Shown piece by piece: positions 30,872-39,907 of a stretch of DNA of 64,000 nucleotides. Origin of the DNA: Patescibacteria group bacterium (lineage in GTDB: Bacteria > Patescibacteriota > Patescibacteriia > UM-FILTER-42-10); NCBI GenBank assembly GCA_041666845.1, contig JBAYGC010000006.1, positions 6-64,005 of the forward strand. Direction: 5' to 3'. Made by a program: the position numbers and the translations under genes. Position 1 is the first letter of the stretch. Each line of letters opens with the position of its first letter. The notes beneath the pieces are model-generated. The model saw nothing but the letters and a program-made list of their open reading frames with translations, did no database searches and was not told the DNA's origin.

Positions 30872-31758
30872 GTAAAGACTTAATATTTGTATTCTTTGGC
30901 GGTACTATGTCCGGTACATTTGGTGCGGGTGTTTCAACAGCACTGCAGAGTCTTAATGTAAATGAAAGGATTGACAGCATCTACGCTACTTCTGCCGGAG
31001 CGCATAATGCTGCCTATTTGATTTCAGAAGAAACGAATATCGGATCAAGTATTTATTATGAAAATCTAATAAATAATGAATTCTTAGAATTAAACAAATC
31101 TAAGTTAATCTATAAAATGCTGGCGAGCTTGTTCACCAGCAATAATAAGCTAAAAAAGATAATTAATATTGATTATCTCATTGACATTGAGAAAAATGCC
31201 AAGAAGCTTGATACTGAAAAGATAGCTAATTCCAATATTAATTTTTTTATTAGGGTGTTCAATGTAAATGAGCGGAAAGAACAATATCTCGACGGTAAGA
31301 GTGAAACACTAATTAAATTAAACGCCACGACTGCAATTGTCCCCTTTTATCCCAGGCAGATCATGATCAATGGTGTTCGATCCTGTAATGGTGATACTTT
31401 ATCAGTAATTATTGATCCTGAATTGGAAAAAATGATTAACGCCAACCCCGACAAAAAGATATATTTCGTATTCAACAACAAGGATAAAGAAAGAAACTCA
31501 TTTGCATATCTAATGAGGGAGTTTATCTGGACATTATTTCTAATGAAATATTTCAAAAGTACGTTTGCATTAAGAAAATTGAAAGTTAAATCCGAGAATG
31601 CAAAATTAAATAAATATCTTAAATATCCGAATATAAAGATAATTGAACCGGATTTCAGCACATCTGTTTTCTGCACAGACAAAAATAAGTTATTAAAAGC
31701 ATATGAAAATGGTTTAGAGAAAACAATGAATATGTTTAGCAAAAACAATGGGGATTAA
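30868..31758 (+). CDS. Patatin-like phospholipase
   Basis: Oxyanion/Gly-rich motif FGGTMSGTFGAG and a nucleophile-elbow-like ATSAG (GxSxG). The gene is very AT-rich, and its start overlaps the miaA stop (ATGA). Confidence 0.7.
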   Translation: MSKDLIFVFFGGTMSGTFGAGVSTALQSLNVNERIDSIYATSAGAHNAAYLISEETNIGSSIYYENLINNEFLELNKSKLIYKMLASLFTSNNKLKKIINIDYLIDIEKNAKKLDTEKIANSNINFFIRVFNVNERKEQYLDGKSETLIKLNATTAIVPFYPRQIMINGVRSCNGDTLSVIIDPELEKMINANPDKKIYFVFNNKDKERNSFAYLMREFIWTLFLMKYFKSTFALRKLKVKSENAKLNKYLKYPNIKIIEPDFSTSVFCTDKNKLLKAYENGLEKTMNMFSKNNGD

Positions 31759-31882
31759 TCTCAAGCAGAATTGTGGTAAAATGCACTATATGCGATATAT
31801 CGCTACTGACTTAGACAAATATTTTTCCGTGAACAGTATGGCGATAATTTACTAATTACTAAATCAATATAATATTACCACT

Positions 31883-32173
31883 ATGAATTTTGACGAGCCA
31901 CCAAAACCGGAAGGATTTAGCGAATATCAACTGGAAATAATGTCCATGATCGAGCGTGGCCGGGCTTCAAGTGAAGAAGAGGCGGTCAAAATTGTGGAAC
32001 TGGCCATGTTTGAGCAACGGATAGAACAATTTTCCGAAGACGATTTAAAACGCGATGCGGACGGCACTTGGCGCACCTTCGAAAATAAGATCAGATCAGT
32101 ATTCCCCGAACTGCCGGAAGACCGACGGAGAGCGATGAAAGCGGCCGTCTCCATGCATTTGTGCGGTATGTGA
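31883..32173 (+). CDS. Small acidic hypothetical protein
   Basis: 96-aa ORF downstream of the patatin gene with no recognised motif. Confidence 0.4.
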   Translation: MNFDEPPKPEGFSEYQLEIMSMIERGRASSEEEAVKIVELAMFEQRIEQFSEDDLKRDADGTWRTFENKIRSVFPELPEDRRRAMKAAVSMHLCGM

Positions 32174-32281
32174 TTTAGTGGTTGTTACAAATCAAAATGG
32201 TGTAATCTGTGGGACTGCCGTCAATAATCCTTGGATTTACCACCCGTCCGGAACATGATTTTAAATAGTAACAATAATCAG

Positions 32282-32307
32282 CTCCCCTCCTTGATAAGGA
32301 GGGGAAG
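32282..32307. terminator. Hairpin ctcccctcc-ttgataa-ggaggggaag
   Basis: 9-bp GC-rich stem between convergent genes. Confidence 0.4.
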
Positions 32308-32358
32308 GACATGCCGGGTTCTTAGATTGAGAAATAATTTCCGGGGGAGGTTTTTAAT

Positions 32359-32402
32359 GTCATTCTCGGACGCCGACATTGGAGGCGATCCGGGAATCCA
32401 TT
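32359..32402. repeat. Family-B structured element copy (gtcattctcgg...gatccgggaatccat)
   Basis: Shares the termini gtcattcycg... and ...gatcgggaatccat with 10006-10033. Confidence 0.45.
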
Positions 32403-32527
32403 ACTTTTTATGGATCTCCGGGTCAAGCCCGAAGATGACAGTTTCTTTATATATAAGTTGCTCAAAATCCATAACAAAAAACAAGCCCTGAAACTCCAGA
32501 GCCTGTTTTGTTATCTAGATTATTATC

Positions 32528-33463
32528 CTATTTCCCCATGAGCCACAAAATGATGGCTTTTTGAATATGCATCCTGTTTTCCGCCTGATCAAAGATTATG
32601 GAGTTGGGATGATCAATAGCGTCACGTGATATCTCATAGCCGACATGACACGGCATACAGTGCATAATTTTGGCCTTGGGGCTGTATTTATCCACGATTC
32701 CGGCATTGAGCTGGAACGGCTTGAATTGTTCAATTCTCTGGTCATATTCCGCTTGGTATTCCGGTTTCACTTTGCCGTCCTCAAAGAATTCCATATCCAT
32801 CCAGGTGTCGGTGTGCACGTAATCCGTATCTTTCATTGCTTCTTCCATATCCACAGTTTTGTGTACCTTCCCTGTTGCTTCCGCCATTCGGTTCAGTTCT
32901 TCATCAACGCTGATTTCGTGTACTCTCGGTGCGGCGAGGTATATATCGATCCCCAGTTTTGCGCAGACCAGTTTCAGGGTATTGCTGACATTGTTTTCAA
33001 TGCCGAGCCAGGTTACTTTTTTGATATTTTCAATTCCCCCGCTGTGTTCCACCATGGTCAGAAGATCGCCGAGTGACTGGCACGGGTGGTATTTTTCTGA
33101 ACAAGCGTCGATGACCGGAATTTTATCAAGTGATGCTGCGACATTTACATCGTTAAAAGACTTGGCGCGGAACATCAGTACATCACCGAAACGCATGACT
33201 GCTTGGATCTCGTCTTTGTAATCGGTTAAGGCGAACTGGGAAGTCCGGCTGTCTAAGAATATCGCGTGTCCACCGAGCTGGGTCATACCGGCTTCAAAGG
33301 AAAGACGGGTGCGGGTGGAAGTCTTCTGGAACAGCATGATCAATGTTTTGTTTTTCAAAACATCCCCGTATCTTTCCGGATTCGCTTTGATCTCCTGCGC
33401 TTTGCGGATTATTTCCAGAATATCCTCTTTAGAATAGTCCTTTAGTGTAAGACAGTGTTTCAT
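32528..33463 (-). CDS. Carbamoyltransferase of the ATCase/OTCase superfamily (ornithine/putrescine carbamoyltransferase-like)
   Basis: STRTRLSFE carbamoyl-phosphate-binding motif and HCMP (compare HCLP). It is distinct from pyrB at 38808. Confidence 0.75.
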   Translation of the reverse strand: MKHCLTLKDYSKEDILEIIRKAQEIKANPERYGDVLKNKTLIMLFQKTSTRTRLSFEAGMTQLGGHAIFLDSRTSQFALTDYKDEIQAVMRFGDVLMFRAKSFNDVNVAASLDKIPVIDACSEKYHPCQSLGDLLTMVEHSGGIENIKKVTWLGIENNVSNTLKLVCAKLGIDIYLAAPRVHEISVDEELNRMAEATGKVHKTVDMEEAMKDTDYVHTDTWMDMEFFEDGKVKPEYQAEYDQRIEQFKPFQLNAGIVDKYSPKAKIMHCMPCHVGYEISRDAIDHPNSIIFDQAENRMHIQKAIILWLMGK

Positions 33464-33523
33464 AGATTTGATTTAAGATTTAAGTTTTAAGTTTTTAGAT
33501 TTTTAAAAATGGATGATAGTATT

Positions 33524-33563
33524 ACCATTGCGACCCGGGCATTTACGAAGTAAATGCATCGGG
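33524..33563. repeat. Family-A element fragment (TIR plus first hairpin only)
   Basis: accattgcgacccgggcatttacgaagtaaatgcatcggg matches 37223-37262. Confidence 0.6.
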
Positions 33564-33570
33564 CTAGTTT

Positions 33571-34380
33571 CTATCCAATTCTTTTTAAATATGCGTCCCA
33601 CGCGACTTGTCTGTACTCCTTCGCTTCCGCTACCGGATCATCCGCGCCGTAAATCCCCCGTCCAACAATAATAATGTCCGAACCGGCGGTGATCACATCG
33701 GACGGTGTGGTGTATTGCTGTTTCAGCGCATCATCCCCGCCACCCAGTTTAACGCCCGGAGTCATTATAATAAACTCTTCGGCATTTAGTCCAGTCAGTT
33801 TACTAAGTTCCTTCACATCTCCGCCATTGCCGATAAATCCGATAACAAAATCAGCATATTCTCGCGCTAATACTACCGCTTTTTCGGTATATTCATCGGT
33901 TGCCAGGTTTCCTTTGGAACTCATCTGCGCAAGTAAGATTAATGCCCGCTCTTTCCCGCTTTCCCTTGCTACCTCCTGCAGTCCCTCGATTATTCCGGGA
34001 CCCGGGACAATATGCGCATTTACCATATCCGACCATTCCACTATTTTATAAATCCCCCCGCCATACTGCATTTTGACTGTGTTGCCGATATCGGCGAATT
34101 TACGGTCCTCAAAGATTAAAAAATTGTGCTTTTTAGCGAGGTTTGATAATTCTGTGATAAATCCATCGTTAAACCCCTCAATGATATCTATATGCGTTTT
34201 TAATATGCAAAGTTCCGGTCCGATCGTGTCCGCCAATTTTAATACTAAATCGGCCTCCGGCTCATCAATAGCCAGTGCGAGGTTGGTTTGTTTCTGTTCC
34301 ATTAACCGCAGTAATTTTACGGCCACCGGGTTTTTCGCATTTTCTGCTCTTTGAAGATATGTTTGATATTGTTTATTCAT
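33571..34380 (-). CDS. pyrF: Orotidine-5'-phosphate decarboxylase, eukaryotic (URA3)-type
   Basis: Collinear, high similarity to S. cerevisiae URA3 as I remember it: KQTNL, LCILKTHIDII, FLIFEDRKFADIGNTVKMQY, IMTPGV, GSDIIIVGRG, WDAYLKR. Confidence 0.85.
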   Translation of the reverse strand: MNKQYQTYLQRAENAKNPVAVKLLRLMEQKQTNLALAIDEPEADLVLKLADTIGPELCILKTHIDIIEGFNDGFITELSNLAKKHNFLIFEDRKFADIGNTVKMQYGGGIYKIVEWSDMVNAHIVPGPGIIEGLQEVARESGKERALILLAQMSSKGNLATDEYTEKAVVLAREYADFVIGFIGNGGDVKELSKLTGLNAEEFIIMTPGVKLGGGDDALKQQYTTPSDVITAGSDIIIVGRGIYGADDPVAEAKEYRQVAWDAYLKRIG

Positions 34381-34409
34381 AATTATCTATAATTTAACTC
34401 AGCGCAACT

Positions 34410-35084
34410 TTACTGGGAAACACCGTACCTGACAAGATATTCTTCCATTCTATCTTTAGTGTCGTCATCCAGATATATTTGACCGTCGATTTTCTGGTTG
34501 TGCAGAACTTCAATCACTTCCCGTACTGTGACAATCGCCTTAACCGGAATGCCTTGTGACTTTTCAAACTCGAGCAATGCATCATTTCCATTGCTATCCT
34601 GTTCCTGACGGTTAAAGGCAATCACCAACCCGGCAAAACTGACATTTTCAAATCTTGCTTTTATCATATTAACCGCATCCTCTTTGGTTTTTCCGGTGGT
34701 CATCACATCATCAATCAAAAGTATTTTCTGGCCTGGTGCCGGCTCATAACCGACAAAAGCACTTTTATCGCCGTAATCTTTGGCTTCCTTACGGTCAAAA
34801 AGATATCCTTTATCCATGCCGAAATCTTTCGCCAGTGCCAGCGAGGCGGCTACCGCCAAAGGAATCCCTTTGTAAGCCGGTCCGAAGATCACATCAAAAT
34901 CCACTACTTCTTCACGAATCAGTGCGGCGTAGAAATATCCCAATTTATAAATCGATGCTCCAGTATTAAAATTACCCGTGCTAAAAAAATATGGTGAAAT
35001 GCGCCCGCTTTTTAATGTAAACTGTCCGAACTTCAAAGCTTCCGATCTAACCAAGAATTCAATAAAATCTTTTTTATAACTCAT
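34410..35084 (-). CDS. pyrE: Orotate phosphoribosyltransferase
   Basis: FTLKSGRISPYFF, DVIFGPAYKGIPLA and the PRPP motif LLIDDVMTTGKT. Confidence 0.9.
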   Translation of the reverse strand: MSYKKDFIEFLVRSEALKFGQFTLKSGRISPYFFSTGNFNTGASIYKLGYFYAALIREEVVDFDVIFGPAYKGIPLAVAASLALAKDFGMDKGYLFDRKEAKDYGDKSAFVGYEPAPGQKILLIDDVMTTGKTKEDAVNMIKARFENVSFAGLVIAFNRQEQDSNGNDALLEFEKSQGIPVKAIVTVREVIEVLHNQKIDGQIYLDDDTKDRMEEYLVRYGVSQ

Positions 35085-36360
35085 ATTTTATCTCCTTACC
35101 TTTAAATTGTTCATTAATTTCGAGCGAATTGTAAACAATATTGCCGCCGATGATCGTGGCGGTTGGCCAGCCGGTCAGCATTTTTCCGGCAAACGGCGTC
35201 CAGGCGCATTTAGATTCCATTTCCTCATTGATCACTTCTTTTTCCATTTGCATATCAAGCAGAACCAGATCCGCATCATAACCCTCATCGATTTTTCCTT
35301 TATGCTTGATTTTAAATATACGGGCGGGATTTTCACAGACGAGTTCGACAACTTTCTTCAAATCAATTCTGCCTTTACTCACCTCGTTCAATAGTAATGG
35401 TAACATAGTTTCCACCCCCGGAACACCGGCCGGCGCCTGCCAATAGGGCTGCATCTTTTCATCCCTGGTGTGCGGGGCATGGTCCGTAGCGATGGTATCA
35501 ACCGTGCCATCCGCAATCCCGCGCCACAGTGCCAATCGATCCGACTCGGGTCTGAGCGGCGGGTTCATCTTAACCCAGTTACCCTGTTTGCCATATTCAC
35601 TGCTGTTCAAGAATAAATGGTGCGGTGCGACTTCGCAGGTAACCGGCAGACCTTTGGCTTTGGCTGATTTGATCAGTTTCAATTCGCCGGCAGTGCTGAC
35701 ATGGCAAAAATGCACGCGCGCTTTGGTTCGCTCGACAATAGCTAAAATATTTTTAACGGCTAATATCGCAGCTTCGGGCGCTCTTACTATAGTATGAATT
35801 ATCGGGTCATCCGTCCCGCTGTATTCTTTACTCTTTTCCTGAATAAAAGCTTCATCTTCAGCATGAACGAGAAACAGTCTTTTTGCTCCATTAAATATTT
35901 TTTTGATATCATCGATTCTATCCACCAAAAGATTTCCTGTTGATGAACCAAAATATATTTTTATTCCGGCAATGTTTTGAGCTGAATTTAGAAAGCTCAG
36001 GTTATCAGTTGTTGCTCCAATATGAAATCCATAATTAACTACGCTTTTTTTCGCCAATTCCCGTTTCAAATTCAAAGACGCTTCGTCGATAATCGGCGGG
36101 TTGTTGTTCGGCATATCTAGAACTGTGGTGACGCCCCCTTTGACCGCCGCGCGCGATCCGGTCAGCCAATCCTCTTTATGCTCCGCACCGGGTTCTCGGA
36201 AATGCACATGCCCGTCAATTATTCCTGGCATTAAAATAAGCCCAGTACAGTCGATAATTTCTTTTTCTAAATCTTTGCCAATTTTGTTGATTACTCCGCC
36301 TGAAATATGAACATCTACCTCCCTTGATTCCAGGATGCAATTTTTCAGCGTGATATCCAT
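35074..36360 (-). CDS. pyrC: Dihydroorotase (long type)
   Basis: Amidohydrolase metal ligands GIIDGHVHFREPG and DHAPH. It sits in a pyr operon context. Confidence 0.85.
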   Translation of the reverse strand: MDITLKNCILESREVDVHISGGVINKIGKDLEKEIIDCTGLILMPGIIDGHVHFREPGAEHKEDWLTGSRAAVKGGVTTVLDMPNNNPPIIDEASLNLKRELAKKSVVNYGFHIGATTDNLSFLNSAQNIAGIKIYFGSSTGNLLVDRIDDIKKIFNGAKRLFLVHAEDEAFIQEKSKEYSGTDDPIIHTIVRAPEAAILAVKNILAIVERTKARVHFCHVSTAGELKLIKSAKAKGLPVTCEVAPHHLFLNSSEYGKQGNWVKMNPPLRPESDRLALWRGIADGTVDTIATDHAPHTRDEKMQPYWQAPAGVPGVETMLPLLLNEVSKGRIDLKKVVELVCENPARIFKIKHKGKIDEGYDADLVLLDMQMEKEVINEEMESKCAWTPFAGKMLTGWPTATIIGGNIVYNSLEINEQFKGKEIKYEL

Positions 36361-36362
36361 AA

Positions 36363-37199
36363 TTAAAAATCCTTTTTCACTCCGGAGCCGGATCGGTGAA
36401 ATTTCCCAAATTCAGAAATTAACCTCGCTCTTTCAGAATCAACCACCGGCCCTTTGACGCACATCGGTTCACCCGTACCGTCCACGGAACAGGCACCGCA
36501 AACACCCATACCGCATTTCATATAGCGTTCAATGCTGATCTGACAATTAATACTGGCAGTTTCACATAAATCAAATACCGCTTTTTCCATCATTTCCGGA
36601 CCGCAGGTATAAACTAAATCAATTTTTTCTTTATTTAATATTTCCTGCAAGGGACCTGTAACCATACCTTCAATTCCGAATGATCCGTCGTTGGTGGTTG
36701 TGTATATTTTTGTCTTTAAATTATTTATTCTGTTTTGAAATAGCAAATACTCTTTTGACCGCGCTCCGTTGATAAAATGAATCTCCACCCCGTCTTTGGC
36801 TAATTGCTCCGCCATGTTTAATAATGGCGCTACACCGTATCCGCCACCGACCATCACCACTTTTTTTGCATCTTTATCTTTCCAAAATCCATGACCATAC
36901 GGCCCACGGATTCCTACCCGGTCCCCGACTTTCAGTTTAAAAAGCTCTTCGGTAAACGGACCGACTTTCGCGATTGCCAAGCCCAGTTCATTTCCGGTAT
37001 CGTACGCAATGCTGAAAGGCTTCTCATCCAGTCCGGGAATCCAAAGCATGACAAACTGACCGGCTTGTGAATTCAAAGTATGCTGAAAATAAAATGTGTC
37101 TACATTCTCATTTTCTTTTTCCCGCCGGACAATCGGCATCATTAACGGTTTATCCAATTTATTGATCCAATGATTCATAAATAATCCCCTGATTACCAA
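36363..37199 (-). CDS. pyrK: Dihydroorotate dehydrogenase electron-transfer subunit
   Basis: FAD/NAD-binding fold plus a C-terminal 2Fe-2S Cys cluster (CGMGVCGACSVD). The true start may be an internal Met. Confidence 0.8.
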   Translation of the reverse strand: MVIRGLFMNHWINKLDKPLMMPIVRREKENENVDTFYFQHTLNSQAGQFVMLWIPGLDEKPFSIAYDTGNELGLAIAKVGPFTEELFKLKVGDRVGIRGPYGHGFWKDKDAKKVVMVGGGYGVAPLLNMAEQLAKDGVEIHFINGARSKEYLLFQNRINNLKTKIYTTTNDGSFGIEGMVTGPLQEILNKEKIDLVYTCGPEMMEKAVFDLCETASINCQISIERYMKCGMGVCGACSVDGTGEPMCVKGPVVDSERARLISEFGKFHRSGSGVKKDF

Positions 37200-37222
37200 T
37201 TACTTTTTATGATAGAAACCAG

Positions 37223-37419
37223 CACCATTGCGACCCGTGCGTTTACGAAGTAAATGCATCGGGGACACAATCCCGCTACTAATTGTCACTTCGACCGTAG
37301 TGGACCCGCCTCGACTCGCTTCTACTCGTCGACGCGGGGAAGTCTATAGATTTCTCGACTTCGTCGCGCTTAGCGCGGCTACGCTCGAAATGACACATAA
37401 AAACGTGCTCGCAATGGTT
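37223..37419. repeat. Family-A MITE-like element, most complete copy (10-bp TIRs accattgcga / tcgcaatggt), inserted between pyrK and pyrD
   Basis: TIRs at 37223-37232 and 37410-37419. Internal perfect hairpins: gcgtttac-gaag-taaatgc, gtcacttcgaccg...cgctcgaaatgac, and the core cgcctcgactcgcttctactcgtcgacgcg. Confidence 0.75.
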
Positions 37420-37433
37420 ACATCTATTACCAA

Positions 37434-38351
37434 TTACTTCTTATGTGCTAGCCCGATTATTTCATTAATTGATTCAAAACCCTCCGCTTGCATGTATTCC
37501 TTAATCTCATCACAAATCAGTGTGAATACTTCCGCTCCGCGGTAATACACCGCCGTTCCTACCTGAACCGCGGATGCACCCAACATCATCATTTCAATCG
37601 CATCTCTACCTGTGGTGACTCCGCCGATGCCGATTACCGGAATTTTTACGGACTGATAAATATCGGAAACACACCGCGCAGCAATCGGCCGGAGTGCCGG
37701 TCCAGTTACTCCGCCCATACCGAAATGCAGGATCGGTTTTTTAGCATAGATATCGAGATGAATCCCGGGTCCCATGGAGTTAACTGCAGAGATCGCATCC
37801 GCACCGCCCGCTTCCGCTGCCTTCGCAACTTCGCCGATCGGTTGGCTTTCCGGGGAAACTTTGATAAATAATGGCAGTTTGGTTTTTTCCCTGATTCTAC
37901 GCGTTATCTCTTCGGTTGCTTTCGGCGTTCCCTGCCCGGCCATTGTTCCGTACCCCGGAGTATGCGGGCAGGATAAAACCGCTTCCACCGCGGAAAATTC
38001 ATCATTCAGAAAATTCTCCGCCATATAGGCAAACTCATCCGCATCTTTGCCGATAATGCTGGCAATAATCGGCGCTTTTAATTCTTTCAGATTAGTAAAC
38101 TCCGCTTTCGCTTTGTAGAGGCCCGGATTGGAATATCCGACCGCATTCATAAAACCGCCCTCGATCGCGTGCATATTCGGTGCGTCATGCCCTTTGCGTT
38201 CTTCCCGGCTGATGGATTTGATCACACAACCACCGGCGCCGTTTTGGATCACGTATTTCAAAGAATCCCTGGTGACACCAAGAATCCCCGACGCTAAGAT
38301 GGTCGGATTACTGAATTTTATCCCCGCTAGATTAATTGATAAACCTTTCAT
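37434..38351 (-). CDS. pyrD: Dihydroorotate dehydrogenase catalytic subunit (class 1B)
   Basis: TIM-barrel DHODH motifs (GGV, SCPHTPG). PyrK is the partner. Confidence 0.9.
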   Translation of the reverse strand: MKGLSINLAGIKFSNPTILASGILGVTRDSLKYVIQNGAGGCVIKSISREERKGHDAPNMHAIEGGFMNAVGYSNPGLYKAKAEFTNLKELKAPIIASIIGKDADEFAYMAENFLNDEFSAVEAVLSCPHTPGYGTMAGQGTPKATEEITRRIREKTKLPLFIKVSPESQPIGEVAKAAEAGGADAISAVNSMGPGIHLDIYAKKPILHFGMGGVTGPALRPIAARCVSDIYQSVKIPVIGIGGVTTGRDAIEMMMLGASAVQVGTAVYYRGAEVFTLICDEIKEYMQAEGFESINEIIGLAHKK

Positions 38352-38354
38352 ATA

Positions 38355-38804
38355 TCAGGCAAGAGTAACTTCGTCCAATCCAAATGTCCGCTCGCAGAAG
38401 AAGCAGTACAATTCAATCGGTTTTTCTTTAACCAAACTGAACTTCGTGACCACCGGTTCATGATTGGTAACACAGTTCGGATTGCCGCATTTGATAATCC
38501 CGTCTATTTCCTTAGGAATTTTGACCGGAATTTTTTTTGCTACTTCGAAATTCCGGATGATGTTGATCGTGGCATTGGTTGCGACGATCGCGAGTCTACT
38601 GACCTCCTCCGGTGTGAGTTCCCGGTTTTCGATCTTGACCACATCTTTTTTCTTACTTCTTTTGCTGACAAAATGCATCCCCAAGGTGACAATATCCTGA
38701 TCGTTGGCGATACCTAAAAGATTTATCACATCCATTCCTTTACCGGATGGAATATGGTCAATCACCGTGCCGTCTTTGATTGCGTAAACTTTGTAAGCGC
38801 GCAT
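38355..38804 (-). CDS. pyrI: Aspartate carbamoyltransferase regulatory subunit
   Basis: N-terminal allosteric domain and a C-terminal Zn domain (CGNPNC...CFFCE). Confidence 0.85.
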   Translation of the reverse strand: MRAYKVYAIKDGTVIDHIPSGKGMDVINLLGIANDQDIVTLGMHFVSKRSKKKDVVKIENRELTPEEVSRLAIVATNATINIIRNFEVAKKIPVKIPKEIDGIIKCGNPNCVTNHEPVVTKFSLVKEKPIELYCFFCERTFGLDEVTLA

Positions 38805-38807
38805 AGT

Positions 38808-39728
38808 TTATTTTCCTAAGGTTAAGGCTAAAAGCGCTTCGCGTACCCAGAGGCCGTTAGAAGCTTGCTGAAAGTAATAAGCGTATGGGGTGTCATCCAC
38901 CTCATAATTAATCTCGTTTACCCTCGGTAGCGGATGCAAGATACGGAAATTCTTTTTTACATTCTTCAGCAGTTCGTTATTGATAATATAGACGTCTTTT
39001 ACTTTTTCATACTCCATAGCATCGGCAAACCGCTCCTTCTGAATGCGAGTTGCATAAAAGATATCCATCTTCGACATCAGGGATTCCGGACGGGAATGTT
39101 CGGAATATTTTACTTTGTTTGCCTTGATTTCGTTTAAGACGTGCTTCGGCATTTTCAATTCGTCCGGTGAGATAAAGTACAGCCGGCAGTTAAAAAGTGA
39201 CAGGGCATAGGCCAGTGAATGCACCGTGCGTCCGTATTTCAAATCTCCGACCATCGCCACATTCAGGCCGTTCAGTTTTTTCTGTGTTTCCAGTATGGAA
39301 AATAAATCCAGGAAAGTCTGGGTCGGATGCTGGTTGGCACCGTCACCGCCGTTTAAGATCGGGTTATTGGAAACTTCCGCTGCCAATCGTGCCGCACCCT
39401 CCAGTGAATGGCGCATAACGATAACGTCACAATATTTTTCCACAATGCGGATAGAGTCGGACAGCGACTCGCCTTTGGCCGAAGAGCTGGTTTTCGCATC
39501 GGCAAGCGTAATTACCGAACCGCCCAATCTCTGCATTGCTGATTCAAAAGAGAAGCGGGTTCTGGTGGAAGGTTCGAAAAAAAGACTCGCCATGATTTTA
39601 CCCTTCAGTAAATCGGGCTTTGGCGCACTTTTAAATTCTTTCGCTTTTTTGAGCACGTGTAAAATCTCCTGTTTGGAGAAATCGCGGATTGAGATAACAT
39701 CTCTGTTTTTGAAGTTGATATTATTCAT
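38808..39728 (-). CDS. pyrB: Aspartate carbamoyltransferase catalytic subunit
   Basis: STRTRFSFE, the motif GDLKYGRTVHSL, and HPLPR. Confidence 0.9.
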   Translation of the reverse strand: MNNINFKNRDVISIRDFSKQEILHVLKKAKEFKSAPKPDLLKGKIMASLFFEPSTRTRFSFESAMQRLGGSVITLADAKTSSSAKGESLSDSIRIVEKYCDVIVMRHSLEGAARLAAEVSNNPILNGGDGANQHPTQTFLDLFSILETQKKLNGLNVAMVGDLKYGRTVHSLAYALSLFNCRLYFISPDELKMPKHVLNEIKANKVKYSEHSRPESLMSKMDIFYATRIQKERFADAMEYEKVKDVYIINNELLKNVKKNFRILHPLPRVNEINYEVDDTPYAYYFQQASNGLWVREALLALTLGK

Positions 39729-39740
39729 ATTTTGTCCTTA

Positions 39741-39768
39741 GGATAAAAAAAATCCCTTTTTCAGGGAA
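39741..39768 (-). terminator. Candidate leader attenuator: short hairpin plus U8 about 20 nt upstream of the pyrB start
   Basis: Minus-strand tccct-gaaaa-aggga followed by tttttttt. A 16-codon mini-ORF (MINNHTDNLFRKYIAR) ends 5 nt before the hairpin. Confidence 0.35.
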
Positions 39769-39907
39769 TAAATCACCGCGCAATGTATTTTCGAAACAAA
39801 TTGTCGGTGTGGTTGTTAATCATTTCAATCGCTAGTGTAGCAGTTATCAAAAAGGCTGTAAACCCCCTATAAAATCGAGTTTTCCACAGCAACTAGCCAA
39901 ATATAAG

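Noticed and set aside
30868-31758. Patatin-like lipase as a CBASS/defence effector
   Set aside because: No nucleotidyltransferase, cyclase or sensor gene is adjacent. It is coupled to miaA instead.
32231-32491. ORF 32231..32491 (+) of 86 aa
   Set aside because: It spans hairpin/repeat DNA (the family-B-like element and a GC hairpin) between convergent genes. It has no SD and an odd composition.
33464-33523. AT-rich ttaag(a/t)tttta tandem pattern upstream of pyrF
   Set aside because: Short low-complexity A/T run with imperfect periodicity. It is more likely a promoter/UP-element region than a true tandem repeat.
37228-37545. ORF 37228..37545 (+) of 105 aa
   Set aside because: It lies within the MITE-like repeat and antisense to the pyrD 3' end. 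Its Arg-rich composition is typical of a GC-rich repeat read-through.
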